The position numbers and the translations under genes were made by a program. The notes below the pieces were generated by a model that was given only the letters and a program-made list of their open reading frames with translations, was not told where the DNA came from and did no database searches. Source: Raillietiella orientalis (taxonomy: Eukaryota). Taken from it: a stretch of DNA of 64,000 nt. Positions 1 to 12,329 of the stretch are shown one piece after another. Each line of letters opens with the position of its first letter. Position 1 is the stretch's first letter. The stretch is taken from positions 1,178,001 to 1,242,000 of the forward strand of contig JAYWIR010000042.1 in the NCBI GenBank assembly GCA_036172245.1, in the 5' to 3' direction.

Positions 1-54
1 CATATTATCCGTTTTGTTTAAAAACATGTAAAAACATGATGTGTATGTTTCAAG

Positions 55-645
55 GGTCGGGTTAGGACAAAAACAGTGAAAAAGGCGGCAATAGTGATCA
101 TTGAAAAGTATCATGTCAAGTTGACATTGGATTTCCATACTAATAAAAAAATATGTGAAGAAATCGCAATTATTCCAAGCAAAAGATTGCGAAATAGGAT
201 AGCAGGGTAAGCAATCAATTTTTCATGGTTATACAAGCATACACATGTATTTGTACTCAATTTGTGTGATTTAATTAGAAGAAATCATTTCTCAGATGCT
301 TCCTTTGGTTTGATATGATGGAAAATTACTTTATAAGTCACTCATTCCAAATTTTTGCAGATTTGTTACTCATCTGATGAAGAGGATTCAACGTGGTCCC
401 GTGCGAGGCATATCCATTAAATTGCAAGAAGAGGAACGTGAACGACGTGATAATTATGTTCCTGAAGTATCTGCAATTGAGCAGGACATCATTGAAGTTG
501 ATGCAGATACAAAAGAAATGCTAAAAATGCTGGTAGCTTTGACCTGCATGATACTATTTAATTGATCATTTTGTTGTAGGACTTTGACAAGATCCCTGGG
601 CTGCAAGTACCTCATCAAACAGATGCTTTTTCCAGAAGAATGTGA
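55..645 (+). CDS. RPS17: 40S ribosomal protein S17 (eS17); first coding exon (ATG) lies upstream of the window
   Basis: Exons 55-206, 361-532 and 580-645 with GT-AG introns in consistent phase. They translate [84 protein letters not shown], the hallmark eS17 sequence. AATAAA at 655-660. Confidence 0.97.
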
Positions 646-1592
646 TTTTTATTTAATAAAAATTTGGTCTGCTGGAATATTGGTTTTTGATTTTTCATAA
701 AGTGGCTTCTCACTGCATATTTTTTTTTTTGTTTGAGACAACAGTCCATACAGTAGGTATTCTGTGTGTACCTTACATGCAGTTTTCTTGATTGTAACTA
801 TTTCTGTAGTGATAATACCAGTGAGCAAGCTTTACTTCATGTTGTTACTCTTGATTTTATGTAATATTATCTTACCACCTTGTATAAGGTAATATTTTCT
901 TGATTTAATAAAAATAACTTGTTTTATCGAGAAACTGTTTAAGAATGTACTTTCATTGAAAAGAATGGGTTTCTCTAAATGTGGTGCAAGCTATATGCTT
1001 GCTCTTTGCATTTGGCAAATTGTCAGAGAGGTTTCATTTGCCTTTTAATACAGATATCTTGGGGTTACTGTTGGGAAAAATCCTATATCCTGTATCTTTG
1101 CTTTTAAAATCCTTGTGCAACATTTGAGTTTCAGAAAAGTTGGTAGGAATTTTTGTTTCACTTGGCAAAAATTATGGAATGGTAGTTCTGTTTTTTAAAA
1201 TTGTATTTCTAGGTTTCATGCATGTAAAATATTTGCATATGTAGAAGGATTATGAAGGAAAAATTGTACCCTAAGCTGGCAATTGCATTTCTCATTATTA
1301 AAATCGGTTTATTTTAGTTTCGTCTGCTGACCACTATTTACTCAGAAATCTCATTCAGGTTTTTGTAGGACTCAAACGTGTTAACAAAATAAGCATTGGG
1401 ATTTACGAGTTGGGATGTTCTTATCTGAGGAAAACTTGCATGCAAAAAAAAAACACACAAAAACGCAGTGACTATTGAATAATCAGAGAACGATTCATTA
1501 TTGCATTCTGTATTTACGCATTGTTGTGATATTTCACATTGAAAATTTTCAAATGGGAAAACTTATCTTGGTGTGTTCAGACAGTGGGCACA

Positions 1593-2243
1593 ATGAAGCA
1601 TACGTCACTCACCCGTATGCCCAAAAGGACAAAAGAAATAGCACAAAACATAATGCATATCAAGGAGTACCGAAATCTGATGAGCAAATCTTTCAATGAT
1701 CGCTCCAAATTGGCGAGTACTACTTATGCATCCTCTCTGGAGCCAAGCTCCAGGTATTTGAAATTCTTTAGGCATATGCAAATTGCTTTCTAGAAAAGGC
1801 GAGTCGGCTGGCTTCGTGGCTTTGATAGAATTGGCTTCTCAGGGATCCCATGAATCGTTTGACACATTAAGTTACATTCTGCAAGAAGACAAACGACGGG
1901 GCATAGAAGCCAAAAAGTTCCACTTGCCCTACGAATTCTTGGAAAATCACGCTGAGAGAATGGAAAATTTAGTGCAGCATCTCAGTGCGTCGGAAAAAGC
2001 TAAACGAAAAGGTTTTACGAAATGGCCCCTCACTTTATTTATTTATTTTTTATTTAGGCGAAACACGTAATGCAATAGAAGAGTATGTAATCTTGGGGGA
2101 ATATTTTCAACAAAATGCCAGTTTCTGGTTGGAGAAATACTTCTTAGAGGCTTCGTTGGAACTTTGCCAACAGAACAGTGGGAAATTTAAGAGGCTTGAA
2201 GCACTTCTTATGTACCGTTTGGGGCGATACTTTAGGAATCATC
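1593..2243 (+). CDS. TTC29: TTC29-like tetratricopeptide repeat protein, 5' exons
   Basis: Exons ~1593-1753, 1794-2011 and 2058-2243 (40- and 46-nt introns; donor gtaagt at 2244). Translation IELASQGSHESFDTLSYIL...FLENHAERMENLVQHLSASEKAKRKGE...LGEYFQQNASFWLEKYFLEASLEL...EALLMYRLG follows the TTC29 N-terminal pattern as I recall it. Start codon uncertain. Confidence 0.65.
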
Positions 2244-3493
2244 GTAAGTTTCTTTTGTTCTGTCTGTTTCTCTCTGTGAACATGTCCAGCGTTAAACCAA
2301 TGTTGACACTGTTTCAGTAAAAGGTGTGCCTTTCAAAAATTCCAACATTTACAAGCTTCCGAAATTGCACTGTATATTTAAGAATCCAAAACAGACTTTC
2401 ACAATTGTTTGTTGTATGCTTTTCCTTGCTCTTTGCTTTTGAATCACAGAAACAGAGTCAATCGACGGTTGCATTCAAATGAAGCGTTACCCAAATGAGA
2501 AATGGAAAGTCCAAATTACAATTATTGTCAATAAGGACATGGGCATATTGAGATAAACGTGCATATTTCACGACATAAGTGTAGGTGATATATGAAATCA
2601 GGTTAAGATTTATACACCAAATTTTCACATTGCAGAGCTCTTTTTCTTCTGTATTATCTCAGGAGTTGTTAAAATTTTCCTTTTTTAAAAAGAGGTAAAT
2701 TTAGAAGAATTTTTGTGGTTTTACCATGTCAGAATAAATTTTGTATAATGTGAAAAGAGATTTTGCTTACGATTGTATAGAAAAATATAATACCATTGGT
2801 GGTCTGAATGGACTACACTACAGTTGAGCAAGCAAGCATCAGTGTCCACAAACAACTGGCATTAGTTCCCTGGAGAAAATGCTACAAGGCTGTTGAGAAA
2901 TCACCACACAGTGCCTCTTATTATCCTTTTTTCAGTATTGATTTTTTTTAGTAACAACGTTTCTGTGTATTTTCACAAGACAAGAAAGAAGCATGCATTT
3001 AAAGACAAACAGACAATTAATGTTCACTAAATAATTTCAATTCAACCCTTCATGCACATTCGAGGATGAATGTGTTTGGATCTTTTAAAACAATCCGTTG
3101 TTTTCTCACAATTCGCAGTCTGGAAATCTCTTCATTTCCCAAGGCATTTTTTTTTCCTCGTTTCAAATTGCGCCCTTGTGTTTCGGCTCTGACTTCGTAC
3201 TTATTTGAATTTTTTCCAAGTGAATTCATTGCTGGTTAACTGCATCCCATAGTGTGGGCAGAAATTCTGATGACAATGAAGGCAGATTAACCGAAGTTTT
3301 TAAAGAAAGGGCAGCTTCAGACTAGCGAAGTAAAAAATTCGTCTCATGAAAACAAGAAATTGGAGCGGATACTATATCCGATTCAGAATCTGAGCTCCGA
3401 TTTTGAACCGGGTATTGAGTTCGGCTCCAGTAGGATTTCCAGCACTAGAGGAAAATCTCTGCCAAAGAATGCCATTTTTCTCGTCTTATTCCA

Positions 3494-3950
3494 ATGATGT
3501 CAGTTCGATTGAAAAGTTCCATATGTGTTGGAGTGGAAGAGGTTTCTGGCAAGGAACGGGATATAGATGATACACGAGGGATCACATGCACTTCGCGTTT
3601 CCCAAGATTCATTCTAGACCAAAAGTTTGCTAACCAAAGCCTTAAGATGCTTCCTTCGGAGGATGAAATTTGTCATCTACCATTGGACCAATAAGCAAGA
3701 AGTTGCTTTCTCAGTCAGATGAGCACGGGAGCTTCACTGCTGCGGGGTATGGATATAACGGCTACACATGAGGGGAAAGAAAAGTTGCTTTTTGATGATT
3801 TCCAATGAATTTCCAATAAAGGATGGCCATTGGAAACCAGATGCATGCCCCACGGAGACATCGGACAGAAGCAGAAAGCCTGAAGTTAGCCAAATCCTTT
3901 GATTAATGAGAATGAAGGTTGATTGCAGTTGTAGAATCTTGGAAGCATAG
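3494..3950 (+). other. Putative decayed endogenous negative-strand RNA virus L (RdRp) fragment
   Basis: One frame with internal stops reads GKERDIDDTRGI (KERE..R premotif-like), LRGMDI (motif A-like), PHGDIGQKQKA*S (motif B-like, cf. GxxGxxQKxWT) and then LGSI. The order is correct but the A-B spacing is short. Confidence 0.4.
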
Positions 3951-4039
3951 GAATTTTTCTTAGTTTGTTATCTTGAATTCCATTAAAGCATGGATTTGAA
4001 AGCTGTTAAGAACTGTTCATTTATTTAAGAAGAAGCAGG

Positions 4040-4660
4040 TTTTTTTTCTTCGAGATTTCCCGTTTCCTCCAAAGACGAGCCTGCTCCTCAGTTTTCCCTC
4101 AGGGTGGAGGGAGCAGCACGAACCACAGCTAATAGTTGTCAACATCTGCTAGCTTTGGTTCATTTCTCCAGGAAGCAAAAGAAAAGTCTGCACAGATGTG
4201 AACGAAGGGTGGAGCGTTTGTTCAGTGCAGGTCATGGCCGGCTTAAAACATCTTCACGTAATGGCGATTGGTCCGCATGGGGAAGGTGGAAACTTTTGTC
4301 GACTTCCAAATAATTTTTCATGGACGTCGCAGAAAATCTAACGTTCGCCTATCTTTTCGATCATGATCGCGTGCTGATGCAACTCTGAGGGTTGTCGCTG
4401 CTGGCCTCCCTCGATCTTTCCGTCTCTCATTCATTCGGCACCGAGATCAGCTACCACAGTTCCACTCCCTTTCCCGGAACGAGAACGCGAGAGCATCCTT
4501 CGACGTTTTCTCTGAGAGAAGATTCAAAGGAGCAAATATTTTCACGTAATTCCTAGAGTATGCACGTGGACATTGGACTCGAAGCGAGACGAGCTGGTAG
4601 AGAGAAGGGACACTTGGTTTCTCTCCTTTTTTCTTTTTCCCAAGCTTTTCGTCCACATCG
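4040..4660 (-). mobile_element. Decayed L1/Tx1-like ORF2 fragment (linker to start of RT)
   Basis: Shares a 27-nt identical block (4077-4103 = 5830-5856) with the RT fragment at 5.4-6.2 kb. Minus-strand PSTLRE..GNLEE resembles the LPASFRK..LPKGDL segment of the RT at 53.2-53.6 kb. Confidence 0.45.
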
Positions 4661-5399
4661 TCCGCACCCTTTAGCGCGACGCCTCTCCTTTCATCTTAAT
4701 CTGAAGATTCTTCTTGCTACTCCATGACCCTTGGTCCGTCTGTTGCGTTCTCCCCCCCCCCCCCCCCCCTTCGACAAGGGTGCTGCGAAGTCCTGGAAGC
4801 AGATGCAAGGCGGATCGGAACCCTGGAGCTCGCCTATCTCCCCCCCCTCCCCCTGGGGACCACGAGGGGGATGAAGAATCGACAACGAAAACCAAAAAGC
4901 AAGGGGGCCTCCAAAGCGGTATTGACGCTCCCTGGAGGCTCTTGGAGAGAACTACTGAGTAATTCGTTCCTTGGTTGTCTTGATAACAGAAGGCTCGCTT
5001 TCACTTTCGCCATAGCCTTGGTGGGATGGTATCATTCGTCGCCTCCCTGCCGAGGCGTACACATGCCCATCTTCTGTGTTGTGCGCAGGGTGTGGGAAAC
5101 ATCGTCTATGGGAGGAATATCTGTGAACCTTCCAGACGCTTACCAAAAGGCTATCGCCTTCTTTGAGGAAGCCTACAAGAAGCGCATCGGGCCTGTGGGC
5201 TCACGGCAAGCGGTGCATGGGGACGAAGAGCTCCGCTCTCTGTGCAAGACCGCCTTGTTGTCTACGTACGAATGCTTCAAAGCCCAAAGGATCCAATGGA
5301 CCATCGAGGAGGACATCCTGTTCCAAGAAAGACTCCTGGTCGCCGCAGAAAAAGGTAGTAAGTTCATCAAAAAACTAGTCGAAGAAGGAGGATAGGAAG

Positions 5400-6250
5400 A
5401 GAACCCCGGCTTCCGGTCCGCTGCTAAGAAACACATCCCGTTTCTACTCTGCAGGTGGAGACTCTGAGCTAACCACAGAGCTGCTGGGCAGGCTCGGTGG
5501 CCTGTACTTGAAAAAGGACTCGGCGGATGTTGCCCTGTACTTCTTCCAGAGGGCAATTCACTCGAGCCACGACAAGGGTGCTGTCGAGATCTGTAGGGCC
5601 CACTTGGGTCTCGCGGAATGCCTTGCCAGGTAGGAAAGACAAAACATTTCTACGAGAAGTACCCGGTCGGAATTTACTGCCACCCGTGGAGAGATTGGCA
5701 GTTGCTGTGAGCAGTGTCGCGTGTTCCCTGGAGTCCTTTTCTGAAGTTGAGAGTACGTGACAGATCCACTTTCGTACTCCAGTTGGCACGCTTCAGGGGC
5801 TGCTGAGGTTTCCTGCTTCCCCCGAAGAGGAGCCTGCTCCTCAGTTTTCCCTCAGGATGGAGGGGGGAAACATGGAGTCAGGTTAACTCTGGTCTCACAG
5901 CTTCGTACTTCTTCCTGTTCGCTTCCTTGGACTCTCGCTCTGGACTGTTCGCTCCCGGGGAGCTAGTCACCGGGACAAGGCTTTTTGAGTGCGGAGCATT
6001 CATCCCAGTAGCGTGTTTTCCCGCGCTTCATATAGCTGAAGACACAGCTTGGCCTTAGTAGTCCCTTCCGGGGTCGTCATATCTCTTCGCGGTTTCTCAG
6101 GTGAAGATCACGGGTAGGACTCGATTTTCTTCCTCCTGAACTGCGTAACAACGTTCGATCCTCTTCTTGCTCTTTGTCCTCTTGATGCCCTCAGCTCTCC
6201 GTGTCTTCGCGTTTCCCTGCCCCCGGCAAGCTGCTGTGGTCAAGAATCGA
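5400..6250 (-). mobile_element. Decayed L1/Tx1-like RT fragment
   Basis: Minus-strand KKPCPGD*LP (KxPGxDGLP-like), PGKAFRE (KAF-like) and TLVVARVNCPLEEV..IRR (VNG...RG-like) occur in RT order, with stops and frameshifts. Confidence 0.5.
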
Positions 6251-7149
6251 GCGCTTGGGACTGCTTATTGGGCTGAAGCAGATTCCTTCTCCGTTAGTTC
6301 TGGAGAGACGACTCTCCATGAGATGTGGACCTAAAAAGATAAGGAAAAGAATGAGGACGAAGCATGCTGATGGATGCAGAGGAATATTGTCTAATCGTGG
6401 GTAGCTTCCATTCCATTGATTTGGTATCTCAGCCGTTACCATTCGTAAGATAAATAGGAAATCACAGAGAAGGGATCAGCAAACATCATCTTCATCTTCT
6501 CATGTAAGATTCCGGATGCATCATCCACAGGCAGTAGTAGAGAATCGGTGCGAGTGCGTACGGGCGCCAGGGCGCAGTCCGTCTTTCTAGGTCTCACAGG
6601 TAGTAGGTAGGCCTGCGCTTCAGTGGTATCCTATAAATAAAGGCGTATACAAACTGCGTCGATTTCGATTGCTTGTTGTGCAACAGTGTGCATTATTGGA
6701 CGAACCGTACCTTTCTCCAGGAGCCTTGCATCTCGTGCCCTGAGTCGATGCGATTACGTCACGAGGGGACAAAGCAAGGCATTCTTTAGTCGATCTATAC
6801 CATAAGCTCATGATCCAAACATATATTCTGCAGAGTAGTGGTGTACGGATATGGTATCTCATTCTTTAGACTCATCGATTTTTTAATAAATAATCACGAG
6901 ATACTATGTGAATACATCGGATCCTATAACTTGGTGCGGATGTCGAATAGAAAAGATAATTTTATTCTTTAAAGTTTTCGTGAGCAGACGGAGAGGACAT
7001 GAAAATAATTCCATCACCATGCACGTGAGATTTCGTGCAAATTCAATCCAGCAAGCATCCTGCGCATGCGTGCCTCGTAGCATGTGTGAGCACGCACCGC
7101 CGTTTTTTACATGTTGCTGAACTTGGTTTCGGGAGTCGCTCAGGGTCAC

Positions 7150-7400
7150 TCGAGGTTCTTCTCCAACACGGCGGTCAGCTGAGGTTTCCTCAAAGGTTTT
7201 CGCGATTTCCGGCAGGGTAGCTGGAGGGAGTTCCCGGAGATTTGTTGGTCAAGCAGGCGGCAGGCGCCCTTTCGATTTCCTCCGTCAGTTCCACCGTCTC
7301 CACACGGCGACGTCTTTCGTTCCCCCCTGCTTCCTCCCCGGTCTGTCGCCGACAGCTCTCTCTCTCTCTCCTGGAGCTGCCTTCCGATTTCGAAATCCTT
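7150..7400 (-). mobile_element. Short L1/Tx1-like RT fragment
   Basis: Minus-strand TEEIERA...LTNKSPG is the typical pre-RT motif. It shares gctgaggtttcct with the copy near 5800. Confidence 0.45.
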
Positions 7401-10400
7401 CCCGTGACATGCTTACTTCCCTCCCTCTCCTATGAGGAAGGGGAGGGGGCACCTGGCTCGGACGTCTCCACTCAAACGCTTCCGTTCCCCTATGGTGGCG
7501 ACCGCTCTGATCTCGCGAAACGCCTTGCCGTCCTCCGGATCGACTGGATGGGGAGAAAGAGGCGGAGAAAGAGGAAGAGGTCACTGCAGCTTCTTCTGCC
7601 TGCTCTCAAGCAGTGAAAGGTCGCGCATGAACTTTCCGTCGTTTGCCTTCGTCTCCCACAGGGCCGCGCCGTGCGTCCGCCTGGGTGGACGAACTCGTCG
7701 CCTCCTCATCCTCCTTTCCTTTCCTTTCCCTCGTGTGTCCCCCAGGAATGGCGACTTCCTCGAGGCAGAAAACCTGGGTTGCTACGTGCTCTCCATCGGC
7801 GTGGTCAGCAGGGCCACGGACGTCCAGGTCGACGCGCTGCAGTTCCTCACCCTCCTGAACGAAGCGGCGGTGAGTTGATGATTCCGTGAGGAGGAGGAGG
7901 AGGAGAAGGGAAAGAGGTAGGGAGGGATGCTCCTGCGCCCCTCCCCCTCTTCCATGTGTGGGCGCGCGCAAACCTTCCTCTTTCCCTTAGTCCAGGAGGA
8001 GGAGGCGTCCCGCCGGAAGACATCGCCGAGATCTCACGCCCTCCTGACATGAGAGCGCCCGTCCGCGCTTTAAAGCTCCTCCAAGTCGTCTCTTGAAGCC
8101 TTTTCTTTCCGGAGAAGCTCTCCTCTTCCTCCTTCGCGCCATCAGTTCGGTTACCCCGTCTGCTTCTGCGCGCGCAAGCGCACGCTATCCTTCGAGCAGG
8201 GATGCCAGATCTGCCCTCTCAGAAGGTTATCCTTTGACCTGTGGCTGCCGTTCTCACGCGTCTGCTCCCCTTCCTCCATGATTTGCACGTCTCACTGCAT
8301 GTGAAACGTGCAGAAACAGCACACACGAAACATATCGCACGGGACACCCACCACTGCATCAGGATCGCACGCGATACGCGCCTGAAGATTGTGCGTGTCA
8401 CGTTCAGAGACGGTGGGAGTCGCGCACCTGCTCTTTGCCAGATTTTTGCCTGTTCCATAGCTCCCGAGGTTGTGGACCAGAGCGAGACCCATGCGGATTT
8501 CTGCATCCGGTGGCCCACCTGCCGGCTGGTGGTGACCTACAGCGACCACGGGACAGTCGTTTCCTCAGCATGAAGACACTTCTTGCGGACGTAACATAGC
8601 GTAGGCGTTTGTTGACCGTATGGGAGGGGAAAGAGAGACAAGGGGGGAGGGGGAAAAGGGCAGGAGGAGGGATGATGGGAAGGGTAAAATTCCCGACTCC
8701 AGAACGGTTTGGGAGGGATGGGATTAAACTGGACTGCGTGCGGGCCGGCGTCCAAGTGGAGCTACGAGCTTCTCGCCTCCTCCGATGCTTTGCAAGCTTC
8801 AAGAGGTACCAAAACGGTCCATGAGTGGTGGCCGCCGAAGGCTGGAGCTTCGAGAACGAGCTTTCCGCGCGTGTCTTCCCTTCCAGGCCTCCGCGTCCCC
8901 TGGCGGCCGCGTGCAGACGGTCCTCAGCTGGTCCAGGTTCGCCAGCAGAGAGGATTTGGAAGAGCGCCGTGGGGATTTTTTTCCCGTTGCTCCCACCTTT
9001 CCCGGGATATCCCCGTAGTCGCCTGGGGAGGGAGGAAGAGGCTCGTCGCGGTTTCCGGGGGAGCTCTGGAGAGGTGCGTGCCTCTCTCCAGCGTCCTCCA
9101 TCCCTTGGGTGTTCACACGTCGCTGGTGATCCTGTCGCCGCCGGGCATTGGTTGGGAATCTTTGGAGAGCAAGGAGAACCGCGTGCTCTGCAAGGAGGAC
9201 CAGGAGGGGGAAGGAGGAGGAGAATTCCAGAGGAACCTCGGCAGCCGCTGCGTCTGGGAAATACCTCGGAAGTCCACGGCCGCTCCCTGATTCTGACGGA
9301 GTCCTTGGTCCTTGGCGCTTTTGCCTCGGTTCGTTCCGGAGTGTGATTTGGGGGTCTCGCGGGGTCATCTGAAAAGTGGGGAGAGATGGGGCTGGGTGTT
9401 TATTGGGTGGAAAAGAGCGGGAGCTTCCGTGGCCTCCCTCGCCAGCTCTCCCCCCTCCCTTCCCCAGAGCGGGCGCTACTGCGCCCGCGAAAGCATGGCC
9501 GCCTCTTTGAGCGTATCCCGCTCCTCTTTCCCTTCCGGGTACGCCCTCACGGGATCCGTCCGCTCCGCCCTCTCCGGAAACCGACTCGGCCGGAATCCCT
9601 TGGACGGTCTCAGATGCCTGCCGCCGTTGCAGTGGCTACTTGAGCTGCTGCCTGAAGAGATCCTTTCCCGACAGTCACGCGAGCCGCCTGCGTTCCTGGT
9701 GAGGAGGAGAGACTCCTCCTGTGTTTCCTGCTCCCTTTACCCGGAGGGAAGGGTGGGCGGAGGGAGATGGGGAGGCGAGATACGTGGAGGTGCGTGGACG
9801 AGAGTGGACGGAAGCGGAGGGGCGCCTCCCTGTTCCCTAAAGCCCTCCCCGCTGCGCGGGCGATGGAGACCACACCCGCCCATCCTTCCGCCCAGTCGAG
9901 GAGCCGAGCATGCCTGCCTGCCCCCTTCTTCCACACGCCCTCCCCCATCTGTCTGAGAGAATGGCATGGTTAAGCAAGACCTCAGGGAGGAAAGGAGTGG
10001 TGGGGAGCCCGAGCGAATAAGAAAACGCGCTCCTTCCCTTCTTCATCCCCTCTGCCCCCCCTCCGGGTTCCTTGCATCCTTCTCCCTCTCGCGTGTTGCG
10101 CTCACCCGCCGGCACGCTCCCTACTTACTCGTTGTTGCTGTCATCCCCTCGACCTTGCCTCGGGAGGCCGCGGGAAGGGACCAAGATCTCCGGAGAGGGG
10201 CCACCTAGAGTCGCCTCCGCCGCCGCCGAGGCCCCCGGCCCTTCCTCTTCCTCCTCAACCGATCGCGGGAGAGGGGTGGGTGCTCTTCTGGCACACGAGT
10301 CATCTTCGGGTGTGTTTTCCAGGGGCAGCACGAGAAGGCCTGCCAGCTGGCCGCAAAAGCCCTGGAGGCAGTGGAATCCTCCTTCCCGGAGAAAAGGGAG

Positions 10401-12329
10401 CTAGCCTGCGCTCTGTCCGGGGTCTCCCGCGCCCATCAGCTCTATGCGGAGTACGTGAGGCTGCTGCTGGAGCCCGAGCTCCTGCCGTCGCTCCTCCGCT
10501 GGAAGTGCTCCGGGAAGACGTTCCGGAAGTCGGCGATCTTCCTAGAGCAGACGACGGTCTCGGGATCCGTGATCACGCTGGAAGTGTGAATCGGGGTCAC
10601 GGAAAGGGAGAGAGCCCCTCCCTCCTGAAGAGAGGAAGAGCGGAGAGGAAGAAACGGTCGAAGGGGGAGGAAGGGTGCCTATAAATTCGGAGGATTCTTC
10701 TCCTCCCCTTTCTGACCGAGATGCTACTGCTGCTAGGAGGTTCTTTCAGCGTCCTGGTTGCTCAGCCCTCCTGTCGCACCCCCTCGACGCTGGAGGGCAG
10801 AGATACCACCGCCTCCTGAATCATGGGGGGACCGGAATGGGGGTTGGCGGGTGGACCGGCGGACGGGCAACGCAGCATCCGCCTCCGTGATGATATTTGG
10901 CGGATCCCCCTTAGTGGAGTTGGCGCTTCTGCACAGTACTCGTCCGCGCTCTCGCCGCTTTTCCAGCAGCACACGGATCAGGTGGCGCCACCGTCACCCA
11001 CGGACGTGTGGGTGCACTGCGGAGGGCGCCTGCGCCGCGAAGACGTTGGAAAGGACAAGGCGTGGGCCGACTACCGCACCAGAAAGTCTCTAGCCGGCTG
11101 AGCATTGGGGTGGATCGCCATCCAGTCAGTACGGAGCCCCACGGCGTCAGAAGCCTCGGAGCATCCGGGGTGCGCCGAGGCCGGGAACCGACGCACAAGC
11201 CGGTAGCACCGATCAGCGGAGCCAGGAGGAAGTTGGCTGAAAGAGGAGAAACTGCGCCGGAAGACGCTCAGGAGAGAATAGGGATACCGAAGGTGCTGTC
11301 ATACCGGGAGAAGCGGGAAAGACAGAGGGAGAGGTAGCAGAGGATGCTGGAAGATTCGACCGTCTGCGGACCGCGGAGCTGTTAACAGCGACGGATGCTG
11401 CCGAACTCCAGAGCTGGCTCAGGGAGAACTAGCTCTTCTCAAGTCCTCTCCCCTTTCTCTTTTCCTTTCGTGAGCAGCCACTCTTCCGTTGCCGCTCACG
11501 CGACCTTCTTGAGAAGGTGACGCAGCGGAAGAAGAAAGGAAGAGGGAGAGCCGCTCGAGGCAGAGAGGAGGATGGACAGACTTGAGCGAGGCAGCCGGGG
11601 GAACTTCCTCCTGCCCTTCCTGTGGTCGATCGAGGGAGGGAGAGCACGGGAGGGAATCGATTTTTCCGGTGCTTTCCGGAGCAACTCGAGTCCTCCCTCA
11701 CCCTGCTCCTCACCTCTCGAAGCGATCTGAGGATGCTCTGTTTTTCTCTGCAGAGTTGCGTCTTTTTCTGCCCCTAAAGATGCGTCACACGGACCACGAC
11801 GACCGATCAGGGACGGCGAGAACTGGGGGGTGGTCGTCGCTGGACGACAGGACGGTGGGGGATAGGACAGGACCTCCAACTCTTCCCTAATCGGACTCAC
11901 GACTGCAGCTCGAGGCATCGTCGTGAGATGCTAAGGAAACTCGAGCTGCAATGGAAAATGCCCACAGAAGGAAGAAAAGGGGGGAGGGAGGGTCATGTGG
12001 GCATGTGGGAGAGAAGATCACGCAGGAAAAGAAGCGGAGCTGCTCGGCTGCTGTCCCTTTCCCGGAGGTCTGCCGTTCAAAATCGACCCAGAGGCCTCGG
12101 GAAAGGATCGAGGTTGTCCTGCCTCTCATCCCAGCCTGTCAGGGTAAAAGACGTGCTTGATTGATCCTGCTTCCGGATTCCTTGGCCGCCAACATCCTTG
12201 CAGGCACGGAGGCACCCATCTCGTTCTCCATCGCGCATTGCTCGCTTTCTTGTCCGGAAGCGGGCTCGCGTTGGCAAGTCTCCTGCTATGCAGAGGTTCT
12301 GGACTCTCGAGGTGGAGGTCACTGAACCC

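Noticed and set aside
4077..5856. 27-nt identical direct repeat (4077-4103, 5830-5856) as LTR, TSD or CRISPR-like repeat
   Set aside because: Both copies fall in the same region of minus-strand L1-like RT fragments. There are only two copies, 1.75 kb apart.
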